Positions 38,316 to 47,414 of a stretch of 56,778 bases of DNA are shown in pieces. A program made the position numbers and the translations under genes. Numbering within the stretch: position 1 is the first letter of the stretch; every line of letters starts with the position of its first letter. Below the pieces are notes generated by a model. The model ran no database searches. It was not told the origin of the DNA and worked only from the letters and a program-made list of their open reading frames with translations. The DNA comes from a virus (taxonomy: Duplodnaviria; Heunggongvirae; Uroviricota; Caudoviricetes): the IMG/VR virus record IMGVR_UViG_3300021431_003088. One strand, given 5' to 3'.

Positions 38316-38338
38316 TTTATAAACCCCTTTTTCTTTTC

Positions 38339-39229
38339 TTAATTATTTCGTCTGGCAATTCGATTTACTACTCCAAATGCTAAGTGTGAGTTCTTATCCA
38401 TCTTTGTGCAGATGAAGATTACTTCGTCATTTATCTCTGGTAATGGTGTTGGTCCTGCGTACTGGTACGCTATAGCGTTTACTCCCGCTTTTAGTCTGAT
38501 ATAATATGTTGGGCCTTCTCGTCCAGTTACTGTGCCTAGATACCTGCCGTTGACCGAACAGTTGACATTATCCTGCTTCTTTAGAGATTTTGACTCCACC
38601 TCTATCTTTACTTCACCGTCTTCCTTGATCACAATCTTTTCCATTCGCACATCTAGCACTTGACCAATGAAGTATCTATCCCTTGCATTTGATATCCACT
38701 CCGGATCGAGCCTATTGCACCGTACAAAACACTCAGCTCCCATTACCTCTACTCGCACCGCTGTGTCACCTACGGCTGTTACTCTCGCTTCTACTATGTC
38801 GTTCTCATTGATTCGTGATTTGCCTTGCTTATTTGGTAAATAGTATTTCTCTATCTTTCTCTGCATTGCCTTGGCTCTTGAGCCAATACACTTTCTCTCT
38901 TTGTCATCATAGTCTGTTACTACAAAGTCAATGTCTGAACCTATCATTGATGACATGATTCGGGATATTCTCTCTTTTGAGGATTTCTCCCCAAGATTAA
39001 TATTCATCTCTGTCATAGGTATTACTACCCTATACCCATCGTAGTATGCTACACCTACTACAATGGACTCTGTTTTTGATATTCGCATTGGCTCTACTGA
39101 GTCCAACACTCCTGTTAGATACTCTTTCTTTGATTTCTTGGAAGTCTTTAATTCCTCCCAGGCCTTATCCGACTTATCCTTTGTCTTACTTCTTGTTCCG
39201 TCTGGATTGATTGTTATTACATTTTCCAT
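38339..39229 (-). CDS. Multi-S1-domain (ribosomal S1-like) nucleic-acid-binding protein
   Basis: About three OB/S1 repeats, e.g. 'VEARVTAVGDTAVRVEVMG...YFIGQVLDVRM'. Confidence 0.75.
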   Translation of the reverse strand: MENVITINPDGTRSKTKDKSDKAWEELKTSKKSKKEYLTGVLDSVEPMRISKTESIVVGVAYYDGYRVVIPMTEMNINLGEKSSKERISRIMSSMIGSDIDFVVTDYDDKERKCIGSRAKAMQRKIEKYYLPNKQGKSRINENDIVEARVTAVGDTAVRVEVMGAECFVRCNRLDPEWISNARDRYFIGQVLDVRMEKIVIKEDGEVKIEVESKSLKKQDNVNCSVNGRYLGTVTGREGPTYYIRLKAGVNAIAYQYAGPTPLPEINDEVIFICTKMDKNSHLAFGVVNRIARRNN

Positions 39230-39268
39230 TTCTTCTTTTCTCCTTTTATTTTTTGCGATTTGGAACTA

Positions 39269-39318
39269 GAATACCCTGAAGGGCATTTCCTACTTTGGAA
39301 TACCCTAAAGGGCATTCC
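39269..39318 (-). repeat. Tandem pair of palindromic hairpins in 5' UTR
   Basis: GAATACCCTGAAGGGCATTTC (39269) and GGAATACCCTAAAGGGCATTCC (39297). Confidence 0.7.
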
Positions 39319-39336
39319 TTGTCTCGCTCTATCTTT

Positions 39337-39361
39337 TATATAAGTGTAGTGCGAAGTTTGG
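39337..39361 (-). promoter_or_regulatory. Full conserved promoter motif (S1-membrane-Csp operon)
   Basis: CCAAACTTCGCACTACACTTATATA. Confidence 0.75.
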
Positions 39362-39363
39362 TA

Positions 39364-41793
39364 TTATTTATTGAACCTTTTCTTGTTCTCTTTCTTGATT
39401 AGCGGTATCGCTCCCCTCTTTAATTCTACCGACATCTCTTCTATATCTTCCTCTGTGGCTTTGATTTTTAACTCGTTTACAGGGGTTGTCTTTAGTCCAT
39501 CTTTTATCTTTGGATTAAGTGGCTCACTAAATACTTTCTCTACCTGCTCGTCTGTTAACTTCTCTGCGTCCTTTGGTAGTTTTGTTGCTTTTCTCTGCGA
39601 GGTATTTTCTATTTCCTCGGAATATCTCTGTGAGACATTCCCTATTTCGTCTGCGTACCTTGTCTCTTTATATTTCTTACCCTTATCTAGCAACACGCCC
39701 TTTACTACGCTTATTTTTGCTTTGCTTTCCTCTTTTATCTCTATGCCATTAGGGTTTACCATCGCTAGTGGATTATCTGCTAATAATGGTTGTCCGTTTG
39801 GTGTTTTACCTTCTGCTTCATATTTCTTCTTTAGTTCTTTTACTTCCGCTATTAGCTTACTTCTACTTGCGCCATATTTCTCTGTGTCTACTACGCACAG
39901 TCTTGTCATCTCGCTTCCGTCACTATCCTTTAGGGCAGGTATTCTATCCGAGTCACTTCCTACTAGCTCTAGCCACTCATCTGTTGTGATTACTTTATCT
40001 TTCTCTACTATCTCTCCAGTCATTAAGTCCATGCCGTTTACTATTCGCCACTCAGGTACTAGCTCTGTTGATACTACCTTTCGCATTAGTAGTGCTTCGG
40101 GATGTCTACTATAATCGAATTTCTTTAGCTTGATTGGCATTTTCGCATTCACTTGGAGGTACAACTCGTCTGGTGGATACCTTCTTAGTTCATCCTCATA
40201 CTCTAGTGGACGTTGACCATCTCCTAGTGTGCCGCTTGGTGATGCTAGAAATCCTCTTGACTCTATCCTGTCGCTTCTTACCTTTTGAGTTGCATTTCCC
40301 ATTAGTGTTGAGAAGTATTTACTCGTTACCGGGTCGTTACAACCCAAGTAAAGACTATAGTTACAGCCACCCATTATCTCTGTCGCCATGTTCTCTGTGT
40401 AGCGATTATAGAATTGCGGGATATTCTGTATCATTATATGTATTCCTATGTCAAACGACCTTGCTACTCCCAGCTTCTGTGCAAAGCCATCTATATATCC
40501 GACGTTTGGGAACTCGTCTAGGAAAAATTCTACCGGTATATCACATCTTTGGTGTGGTGTTGATTGTGCATACTTGAAGATTGTGTCAAACAGCATTGTG
40601 ATGATGGTTGCTCCTAGCATATTATAGGTTTGGTCTGATGCACTCATAACCAAAAACAGTGCTGTCTTCTTCTTTGCTATATCCTCTAGGTTTATGTCTG
40701 CCTTTCCTGTTATCTCCCTCACTCTCTCTTCATTGAAGATTCTGAGTCTTGAGCCTAGACCTAGTATCGCATTTCCTTGATTTGAACTTGAGCCTGAGAA
40801 CAGTACGTAACATCCTACTGCCTCTGACATCGGGTTTTGCGCTCTTAATTGGTCAAACATTATGTTTAATTCGTCTGGCTTCTTTGTTCTTAGAAGTTTA
40901 TACGCTTCTCCTATATTCCTCTTACCTACTGGGTATGTTTCATACACATACCTACACAATGCTTCTAGAAGGATTGCTTCTATGTTATTGAAGAAATCTC
41001 CCGGCTTCGCATCACCTGAGTTATTTATGATTGTGTTTACAATGGTTGGTATCTTTTGCTCGTCCTCAAATTCGCCTAGTATATCCCAACCGTTTGAGTT
41101 CCACAAGTTTACTAGGTTCCATATTACTACATGGTAGCCCTTCTTCTTTAGGTATGCTGCACAGTCGCTTGTTAGCTCGGATTTCGTATCCATTATTACC
41201 ATTGAGGCTCCGCTTATCGCTCCCTGTATTATCATACCTCTGATTAAGCCTCTCGATTTTCCTGTGCCCTGCGAGCCTGCGCCAAAGATGTTTCTATTAG
41301 TTACCTCTGCGTCCCTTTTCATTGCTACTATCTTTCCATCTTCTGTTGTTCCAAAGATGAAACCTTTTGTTTCACACGCAGAGTCTACTACATCTAGAAA
41401 TTCGCTATATTCATAAGGTTTTAAATATTTACTTGATCCGTATGTGTCGTTCCCTGAATATGTTAGCTTCTTTACTGGATCATTCTCTTCGTCTGTTAAG
41501 TCTCTTACTACGAATACTAGTGACGCTATGCTTAAACCGATGAACGAGAAGATGGTTATAAACCTCCCCGTACTACTCGTGAACGCATACTTGAAACACT
41601 TTAGAAACTCTATATGACCATTATTCGCTCCAAACAGTTGCGCTAAAAACCCTCCTATTATGATTGACAGTGTTAGCAAGGCTATTAGGATGGTTATTAT
41701 TACTCGCTTTTTCTCTCTTAGTAGCTCCTTATAGTATTTTACAAGCTCCTTCTTATCCATCTTTTGCAGGCGCTTAAATAAACTATCTGTCAC
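39364..41793 (-). CDS. virD4: VirD4/TraG type IV coupling protein
   Basis: Two N-terminal TM helices, Walker A GSQGTGKS, Walker B FFLDEF, 'ARSFDIGIHIMIQ'. Confidence 0.95.
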   Translation of the reverse strand: MTDSLFKRLQKMDKKELVKYYKELLREKKRVIITILIALLTLSIIIGGFLAQLFGANNGHIEFLKCFKYAFTSSTGRFITIFSFIGLSIASLVFVVRDLTDEENDPVKKLTYSGNDTYGSSKYLKPYEYSEFLDVVDSACETKGFIFGTTEDGKIVAMKRDAEVTNRNIFGAGSQGTGKSRGLIRGMIIQGAISGASMVIMDTKSELTSDCAAYLKKKGYHVVIWNLVNLWNSNGWDILGEFEDEQKIPTIVNTIINNSGDAKPGDFFNNIEAILLEALCRYVYETYPVGKRNIGEAYKLLRTKKPDELNIMFDQLRAQNPMSEAVGCYVLFSGSSSNQGNAILGLGSRLRIFNEERVREITGKADINLEDIAKKKTALFLVMSASDQTYNMLGATIITMLFDTIFKYAQSTPHQRCDIPVEFFLDEFPNVGYIDGFAQKLGVARSFDIGIHIMIQNIPQFYNRYTENMATEIMGGCNYSLYLGCNDPVTSKYFSTLMGNATQKVRSDRIESRGFLASPSGTLGDGQRPLEYEDELRRYPPDELYLQVNAKMPIKLKKFDYSRHPEALLMRKVVSTELVPEWRIVNGMDLMTGEIVEKDKVITTDEWLELVGSDSDRIPALKDSDGSEMTRLCVVDTEKYGASRSKLIAEVKELKKKYEAEGKTPNGQPLLADNPLAMVNPNGIEIKEESKAKISVVKGVLLDKGKKYKETRYADEIGNVSQRYSEEIENTSQRKATKLPKDAEKLTDEQVEKVFSEPLNPKIKDGLKTTPVNELKIKATEEDIEEMSVELKRGAIPLIKKENKKRFNK

Positions 41794-42026
41794 GATGCTT
41801 TACTTGCCTCTGCTAGTAATGATAAGATACAGCCTTGCAATGTTTGTATGTTATAGGTCTTTACTATGTCTGCGTTTGTCGCTTTTCTCTCTTCGAGTAG
41901 TTTTGGTAAATCCTCTGATGATGTTAGCATTAGTGTCTTAATATAATCATTCTTATCCTTTGATATACTCTTTACTGCTTCGTTTAAAATTTTTGTTTCC
42001 TTTTCCCAAAATGGATTATCACTCAT
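41790..42026 (-). CDS. Small hypothetical protein
   Basis: Stop overlaps the virD4 start. Confidence 0.7.
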   Translation of the reverse strand: MSDNPFWEKETKILNEAVKSISKDKNDYIKTLMLTSSEDLPKLLEERKATNADIVKTYNIQTLQGCILSLLAEASKAS

Positions 42027-42041
42027 GTTTTCTTCTCCTCT

Positions 42042-42278
42042 CTACTTTATAATGTTTACACCCATTATTATTACCAAGAAGAATATTACTACCACCATTA
42101 CTACAGCCATTATTTTACTTAGCGCACTTCTTTCTCTTGCTGGAGTATAGTCACTATCTTCGTTATAGTAGTAATAGTAATCATCTTCTTCTGTTTCATT
42201 ATCGTTTCTTTCTTCTATTTCGCACTCTTCGTTTTCTAAATATTCATCTGGCTCGTCATATTCATCGTATTCGTTCAT
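42042..42278 (-). CDS. Small acidic membrane protein
   Basis: Asp/Glu/Tyr-rich N-terminus, C-terminal TM; RBS AAGGAG. Confidence 0.7.
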   Translation of the reverse strand: MNEYDEYDEPDEYLENEECEIEERNDNETEEDDYYYYYNEDSDYTPARERSALSKIMAVVMVVVIFFLVIIMGVNIIK

Positions 42279-42290
42279 AATTTTCTCCTT

Positions 42291-42695
42291 TTAAATAACT
42301 GAGTAGCTGAAGCACCTCAATAGTATGTTTGGAGGCAATTTATTTTCCTGCTCTTTGGATGTGAATACTAAGTTTGACATTATTCTGAATTTAATATCTT
42401 TATCAGCCAGTGCAAAACAGCTTGCTAAAACTTCATAGTTTATGTCATATCCGCATATATCATAAGCTGTGTTCTTATCTAGCTTCTCTAAGTCTATTGA
42501 AAACTTATTTATTGGTATTACCCTATCTGCACTATATTTATCCTTTAGATAGTCCTCGTTTAGAAAGTCTATCGCTAGTGTGTGCTGGCACACCAGCACT
42601 TCGTCATACATATTCTTGTTCGCTGCTATGTATTCCTTGATTGAGTCTATTCCGCTTTGCTCTTTTGGGTTAATAACTAATAGTGATGTGGTCAT
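42291..42695 (-). CDS. Hypothetical protein
   Basis: ORF within the virD4 operon. Confidence 0.6.
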   Translation of the reverse strand: MTTSLLVINPKEQSGIDSIKEYIAANKNMYDEVLVCQHTLAIDFLNEDYLKDKYSADRVIPINKFSIDLEKLDKNTAYDICGYDINYEVLASCFALADKDIKFRIMSNLVFTSKEQENKLPPNILLRCFSYSVI

Positions 42696-43509
42696 CTAAA
42701 CTCACCCCCTGTACTTGTATTCCATTTGTTGTTGGTCTCTCTATCGTTATTGGACTTGTTGTTATTGGACTCTGCTGTGTCTGTATCTGTTGCATTTCTT
42801 GTTGCACCTCTGCTTCGCTTGGTTTTGTGTTTAGGTTGAACTTATTCCTTATTTTGTCGAAGATGTTTTCGTTATTGCTTTGACCTTCGATATTGATGTT
42901 GTAGTTCTCTTTATCTTCTCTACCTAGTTTTTTTGCTTTTTGATATGTGAAGTAATATGCCGCTAGGCTCTTATATGCATCTACCTCTGCATCACTAAAC
43001 TCGCTCTCTCCAGCACACGACATTCTTATTATTTGAAGTTGGCTTGGTGTGAAGAGATTTAAGAAAAACCTTTCTTTATTTTTGAAGGTTACTATATACA
43101 TCTTTGTGCGGATTTGGTTATTCGTTCCTATAACTGCGTCAACCTTCTCTTTTGGCCATACTGTTGTGTAATCAGATACTGTTACATTCATGTACTCTCG
43201 CCCATTAACTGTTTCCGCTGGCGATACCTTTACTTCATAGTCACCTTCGGCTATATTCATCTTCTTTGTTTCTATGTTCGCTTCGTTTATGGTTGGTACT
43301 ACCTCTTCTTTCTGGGATTTGTAATTTAGTACATTCACCAGTATCGTTATTCCTAGTATTGCTATGAATATTATGTAGTACACAGTCTTTATCTTGCCTT
43401 GTTTCTCTTTCTCGTCTTTTACTTGGTCAAAGACGCTTCGCTTCCTATCACCTCTATCTGCTTTTTCTCGTTTTAGTTTGCTCTTTATTCTTTCAGTATC
43501 TATCTTCAT
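42670..43509 (-). CDS. Bitopic membrane protein (possible T4SS channel accessory)
   Basis: Basic N-terminus, single TM, extracellular domain; first gene of the virD4 operon. Confidence 0.7.
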   Translation of the reverse strand: MKIDTERIKSKLKREKADRGDRKRSVFDQVKDEKEKQGKIKTVYYIIFIAILGITILVNVLNYKSQKEEVVPTINEANIETKKMNIAEGDYEVKVSPAETVNGREYMNVTVSDYTTVWPKEKVDAVIGTNNQIRTKMYIVTFKNKERFFLNLFTPSQLQIIRMSCAGESEFSDAEVDAYKSLAAYYFTYQKAKKLGREDKENYNINIEGQSNNENIFDKIRNKFNLNTKPSEAEVQQEMQQIQTQQSPITTSPITIERPTTNGIQVQGVSLDDHITISY

Positions 43510-43551
43510 TTCTTTCTTTCCTTTCGTATTTGATACTTGTTCTATATTACT

Positions 43552-43576
43552 TATATAAGTTGAGTGCGAAGTTTGG
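43552..43576 (-). promoter_or_regulatory. Full conserved promoter motif (virD4 operon)
   Basis: CCAAACTTCGCACTCAACTTATATA. Confidence 0.75.
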
Positions 43577-43618
43577 ATTTTCTCACTAAAAAAACCTGCG
43601 GTTTCCCACAGGCTTTCT

Positions 43619-44611
43619 CTATATATTTATTGGTTGCAATAGTACGTTCGGGTTGTTTATTATTTCCTCTATCTCTTCTTTATCCTCACTTGGTACATAC
43701 ACCTTTGTTACTGTTTTGGTTTTTGTCATTAGTTGCAAGGTTCCCGTATCGTAAGGGAAAAATATATTTACCCCTTCTTCGAGATTATTGCTTTCAATAA
43801 GTTCCTTTCTGATACTCTCTCTTTTATATAGCAGTGCCTCTATATGTTTTTTTCCTCGCTCTCCTATCGGCACATAAAAAGTGGAGTGATATGCACTTTC
43901 GTATGTGTGCCTCGTTGGTCGGATATAACTATCTATCGTTTTCTTTCGCTCGTGACTCTTGCTGTTTTTTATGATTTTGCGCAGTCCCTCTAAACCTTCG
44001 TCAAACACTATCTTCGAGTTCGCTATTTGCTCATATGGGGACAGCCTTTTATTTATTTCTGTTATCGTGAGTGCTTCTGTGTTCGGAGATAGTTTCTGGT
44101 TTCCATTTAGCATTGAGTACAGTCCGTAATACATATTTGTATTTGTTATTATCCCCTTACACGATATGCCGAGTATGTTATCGTATGCTGAAAGCTCCTG
44201 CTTGAAATACACCGAGGGAATGAATAGAGGTTTATTATCTAGTTCAAGCTTATCACTTATTGTTATATCATTTAGAAACATATCGGTTATGATTTGACTC
44301 TTACGACTTATTCTTATCATTGTCGCTTCATCCCAGTTATTCTTTTTCTTATACACCAACTCTCTTATCTCATTTGGTATCTCTTTCTCTCTTGCGTAAT
44401 TTATCCCTTTTGGTGTTGTTAAAAATAATGCGTGGGGCCTTACACCCATCTTTGTCTTTATGATATTTTTTCGACGGAGCTTTTCGATTGAATATTCTGC
44501 TCTCTTTCCGAATGCTTTTATTAGATCACTCCTTGTTACTCTATTTTCGTTTAATGCCATTATGGTTATGAAGTTATCCCACAGACCATATTCACTTGGC
44601 TTATATCTCAT
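43619..44611 (-). CDS. Winged-helix protein, possibly replication-relaxation (Replic_Relax)-like
   Basis: N-terminal 'VTRSDLIKAF...IEKLRRKNII...LFLTTPKG' wHTH pattern; the family assignment is weak. Confidence 0.4.
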   Translation of the reverse strand: MRYKPSEYGLWDNFITIMALNENRVTRSDLIKAFGKRAEYSIEKLRRKNIIKTKMGVRPHALFLTTPKGINYAREKEIPNEIRELVYKKKNNWDEATMIRISRKSQIITDMFLNDITISDKLELDNKPLFIPSVYFKQELSAYDNILGISCKGIITNTNMYYGLYSMLNGNQKLSPNTEALTITEINKRLSPYEQIANSKIVFDEGLEGLRKIIKNSKSHERKKTIDSYIRPTRHTYESAYHSTFYVPIGERGKKHIEALLYKRESIRKELIESNNLEEGVNIFFPYDTGTLQLMTKTKTVTKVYVPSEDKEEIEEIINNPNVLLQPINI

Positions 44612-44639
44612 CTTTTTTCTCCTTTGTATCGGTAGTTTT

Positions 44640-44945
44640 GTTAAGTGGTGATTTAATTATTAATTGCTCTTTTATATCTTTTGAGTCGGCAGGTATGCCG
44701 AGCTGTCTTTATTTTTTATTGGTTCGTTTTGTGCTTTTGGCTCGGGTGGTGTTTTTAGTTTTCTGTGAAAGAGCGACACCGTAACACACCACGCCGTTAT
44801 CTAGGTTCAACTGACTATCTGTTTTTTCAATCGCAAGAATGTCATCTAAGCCCTTGATTTTACACCTCTTCCGACTTGTGTTTTTTCAAAATTGCAATAT
44901 CGTTGCAGGGTATAGTTTTTAAAAACTCGGCTTTTCAAGATTTTT
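44640..44945. other. Intergenic region with clustered inverted repeats (candidate oriT or protein-binding region)
   Basis: TCGGCA-GGTA-TGCCGA (44686), GTGGTGT/ACACCAC, TGCAA-TATCG-TTGCA (44893), AGTTTTTAAAAACT (44914); no known nic match recognised. Confidence 0.3.
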
Positions 44946-44956
44946 CATACCCTATT

Positions 44957-45598
44957 CTAGTCTATATTTTCAATAATAATTGTTGTTTTTCGCTTTCCAG
45001 TAATTGCTCCTTTGTGAGTGTGGAACAACATATCGCCTCGATCTGAAAGGATAAAACCATAGGTTTGCAGGGTATCAATTATGCGTTTACATTCCACATT
45101 ATCGTTGTCACAGCACTTCTCTTTCGAGGCATATTCGTGAATAAAAGTTATGTGAGCTTTTTCTTTTTGATGGTCTACTTTCCAAGAATTAAACTCTTTA
45201 GTACGAGAAAATTTTCCAAGTTCGTACGAGAGAGTTGATAAGAAAAATGGTTGCGAGTCAATATTTCGTGTTTGTAAATTAATCTTTGGAATAGTGATTT
45301 TAATTTTATTATTTTCAAAAATACTAATCTCAATACCGAGATTTTCGGCTACCTTTTTTAATTGAGTTTCAGCCCAAAGTATGTCATCTTTTGATAGGAT
45401 ACTTTGTGCTTTATACTTCTCAAAGTGATTTATATTAACTTCTTGTGTATTACAAATAAGTTGTGATAGAAGTTCAAATTGTTCTTTATAATTATCTTTT
45501 GCGTAAACAAGTTCCTCAAGATTTTCTGCAATTTTCACATTGGCATACGCAAGTTCTTTTAACTCATTTGCCATAGCAAATTCTTCTGATTTGTTCAT
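44957..45598 (-). CDS. DUF6100-like protein
   Basis: 'KAHITFIHEY...DNDNVECKRIIDTL...ILSDRG' recalls DUF6100 (RusA-like DxDN motif) of clostridial conjugative elements. Confidence 0.5.
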   Translation of the reverse strand: MNKSEEFAMANELKELAYANVKIAENLEELVYAKDNYKEQFELLSQLICNTQEVNINHFEKYKAQSILSKDDILWAETQLKKVAENLGIEISIFENNKIKITIPKINLQTRNIDSQPFFLSTLSYELGKFSRTKEFNSWKVDHQKEKAHITFIHEYASKEKCCDNDNVECKRIIDTLQTYGFILSDRGDMLFHTHKGAITGKRKTTIIIENID

Positions 45599-45599
45599 A

Positions 45600-46196
45600 T
45601 TAACCTCTCAGCATTTTAGCGAAAACAGTATTAATTTCTTCACTATCATCACTTTCAATTTTGATTTCTTCTCTTACTTTCTCTTTTTTAGTTTCCATTT
45701 TTTCAGATGATTCGTCTCTTTTTTGAGTATCGTCCGGCTCTATCTCCATCTCTTTTTTCTCTTCGTGAGGAGGTATGGATTTTTCTGAGTCTTCATTTTC
45801 CCTGTCGAGCTTTTCTTCCTTTGGTGTTTTGTAATTATTCATCTTGGAAGTCATATCTAGTTCACTAATTGATTGTGTGTTTTTTGTTTCTTGAAGGGAT
45901 TGTGCAGAAGACTTTGCTGGGTTAAACATCACCTTTGTAACTACTGTTCCGTCATTCTTTTTTTGTCTTTTAAGATATCCTGCCTCACGCAATTTATTTA
46001 ATATAGTCCCTGCTTTATCCTTTCCTATTCGAGCCACATTAGAAATATTTTCGATTGTGACAGAGCAATCATCTGGCAAACAGTTAATCATATAGTAAAC
46101 ACCTTTTTCTTCGGGCGAAAGGTTTTTATCATACGCTGCTTGTAGTCCAATTATTGTTGCATCTGTATCCTTTACTAAACTCTTTACTTGCTTCAC
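45600..46196 (-). CDS. Helix-turn-helix DNA-binding protein with acidic low-complexity tail
   Basis: 'LSPEEKGVYYMINCLP...TIENIS..ARIGKDKAGTILNKLREAGYL' wHTH. Confidence 0.75.
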   Translation of the reverse strand: MKQVKSLVKDTDATIIGLQAAYDKNLSPEEKGVYYMINCLPDDCSVTIENISNVARIGKDKAGTILNKLREAGYLKRQKKNDGTVVTKVMFNPAKSSAQSLQETKNTQSISELDMTSKMNNYKTPKEEKLDRENEDSEKSIPPHEEKKEMEIEPDDTQKRDESSEKMETKKEKVREEIKIESDDSEEINTVFAKMLRG

Positions 46197-46220
46197 TTAA
46201 TATTTCTCCTTTTTGTTTTT

Positions 46221-46244
46221 TATATAAGTTTAGTGCGAAGTTTG
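46221..46244 (-). promoter_or_regulatory. Full conserved promoter motif (HTH-DUF6100 operon)
   Basis: CAAACTTCGCACTAAACTTATATA; overlaps the last codons of the upstream gene. Confidence 0.75.
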
Positions 46245-46595
46245 ACCTTTCATTAGCTGGTTCTTTCGCTTAATTTCTTCTTTCTGTTCCTCTAATCTTT
46301 CCATTTCTTCGTACAAATATTGGATGGCTCTTACTAGTTTTTCTGCCTTTTCTGTGCCAGCTTTAGCGTAGGCAAAGCCTGCCCTGTTAACTGAAAAGTG
46401 AACACCGTTAATGATACAAAATTCTCCGTGCTTACCTCTAGTAGTTCCGATAGTCCAGAAGCCTTTCCCATCTACAGGGATAGAAACATATCCGTTTCTA
46501 ACCTCCATATACTGACCAAGTTTAATGTATCCATTAATGCTATATCTAAGTATTCTATTGTCGCCTGCTTTTAATATTTGAAAGTTCTTGTACAT
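46230..46595 (-). CDS. Hypothetical protein (121 aa)
   Basis: RBS GAAGGAG before ATG 46595. Confidence 0.75.
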   Translation of the reverse strand: MYKNFQILKAGDNRILRYSINGYIKLGQYMEVRNGYVSIPVDGKGFWTIGTTRGKHGEFCIINGVHFSVNRAGFAYAKAGTEKAEKLVRAIQYLYEEMERLEEQKEEIKRKNQLMKGQTSH

Positions 46596-46714
46596 TTGTC
46601 TGTCTCCTTCATACAATATATAGGGGCTATAATTTTTGTGCCTCTATATATATTGTATTCATTTTTTTTAAAATCACATACGTTTTGAAAAAAAATTTTG
46701 CACTTTATATATTA

Positions 46715-47181
46715 TATATGTCTATATTAAAGATATACTTGGTTACGACTAATCTTAAATAGCTTAGCATTGTAGGAAACGGCTTGCTTAAAGGGCAGAA
46801 TTTCCCCATGCGAACATGAAGAAATTCCACTCCCAAATAACTTAGCACCGTTAGTATTCCGTATTGCTATAATGGTTGGCTCTCAATTTTGTAAGTATCT
46901 CAACTTACATATTCCGTATCTCCTCAGCCGTCTCATTGGAACTAACGGAACACCCCTTAATTACGGCTTCCTGTAGCAAAAGCTACTCCCCAAACACAAT
47001 TTTTTTATATGCTTTACTTGGTTGTCTGTTATGCATTGAGGACAAAAGGTTAAAGAGAGCATTTATCCTTTCGCCCGTTGATTTTATATTTAGGCTCAAC
47101 ACACCGACCACAGTTTATGTCTGCAAAGGTCATATTAGACAATTCATATTTTATTTTATGCAAACACTCTTTGCGAGTGCA
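46715..47181 (-). ncRNA. Candidate large structured ncRNA (~470 nt)
   Basis: TTTACA-17-TAAACT promoter (47216-47188); at least 10 stems, with G-U wobbles favouring the minus strand; UUCG-capped hairpin; nested long-range helices; no credible ORF. The 3' boundary is approximate. Confidence 0.6.
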
Positions 47182-47363
47182 AATATTAGTTTATCGTTTG
47201 TCTTTGCGTTTGTAAAGTGGTTTGTTTTTATAAAACCGTGGAAAATTTATTAAATTTTGTTAAGTTTTTACAAATGTAAAAATTAGGATTGTTGATTTTT
47301 CGTTAGAGAGCAGTTTGTTTAAGAAAGAAATTAGTGTAGAATTTTGTTAGAATTAACAAAAAT

Positions 47364-47400
47364 AAAAAAAATAGAGGCCAGCGTTGATATGCTGACCTCT
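47364..47400 (-). terminator. Intrinsic terminator of ssb-sak3 operon
   Basis: AGAGGTCAGC...GCTGGCCTCT plus T-run. Confidence 0.8.
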
Positions 47401-47414
47401 AACAATATTAAGTT

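Noticed and set aside
46876-47253. 125-aa plus-strand ORF
   Set aside because: No RBS, atypical composition, and it is antisense to the structured candidate ncRNA.
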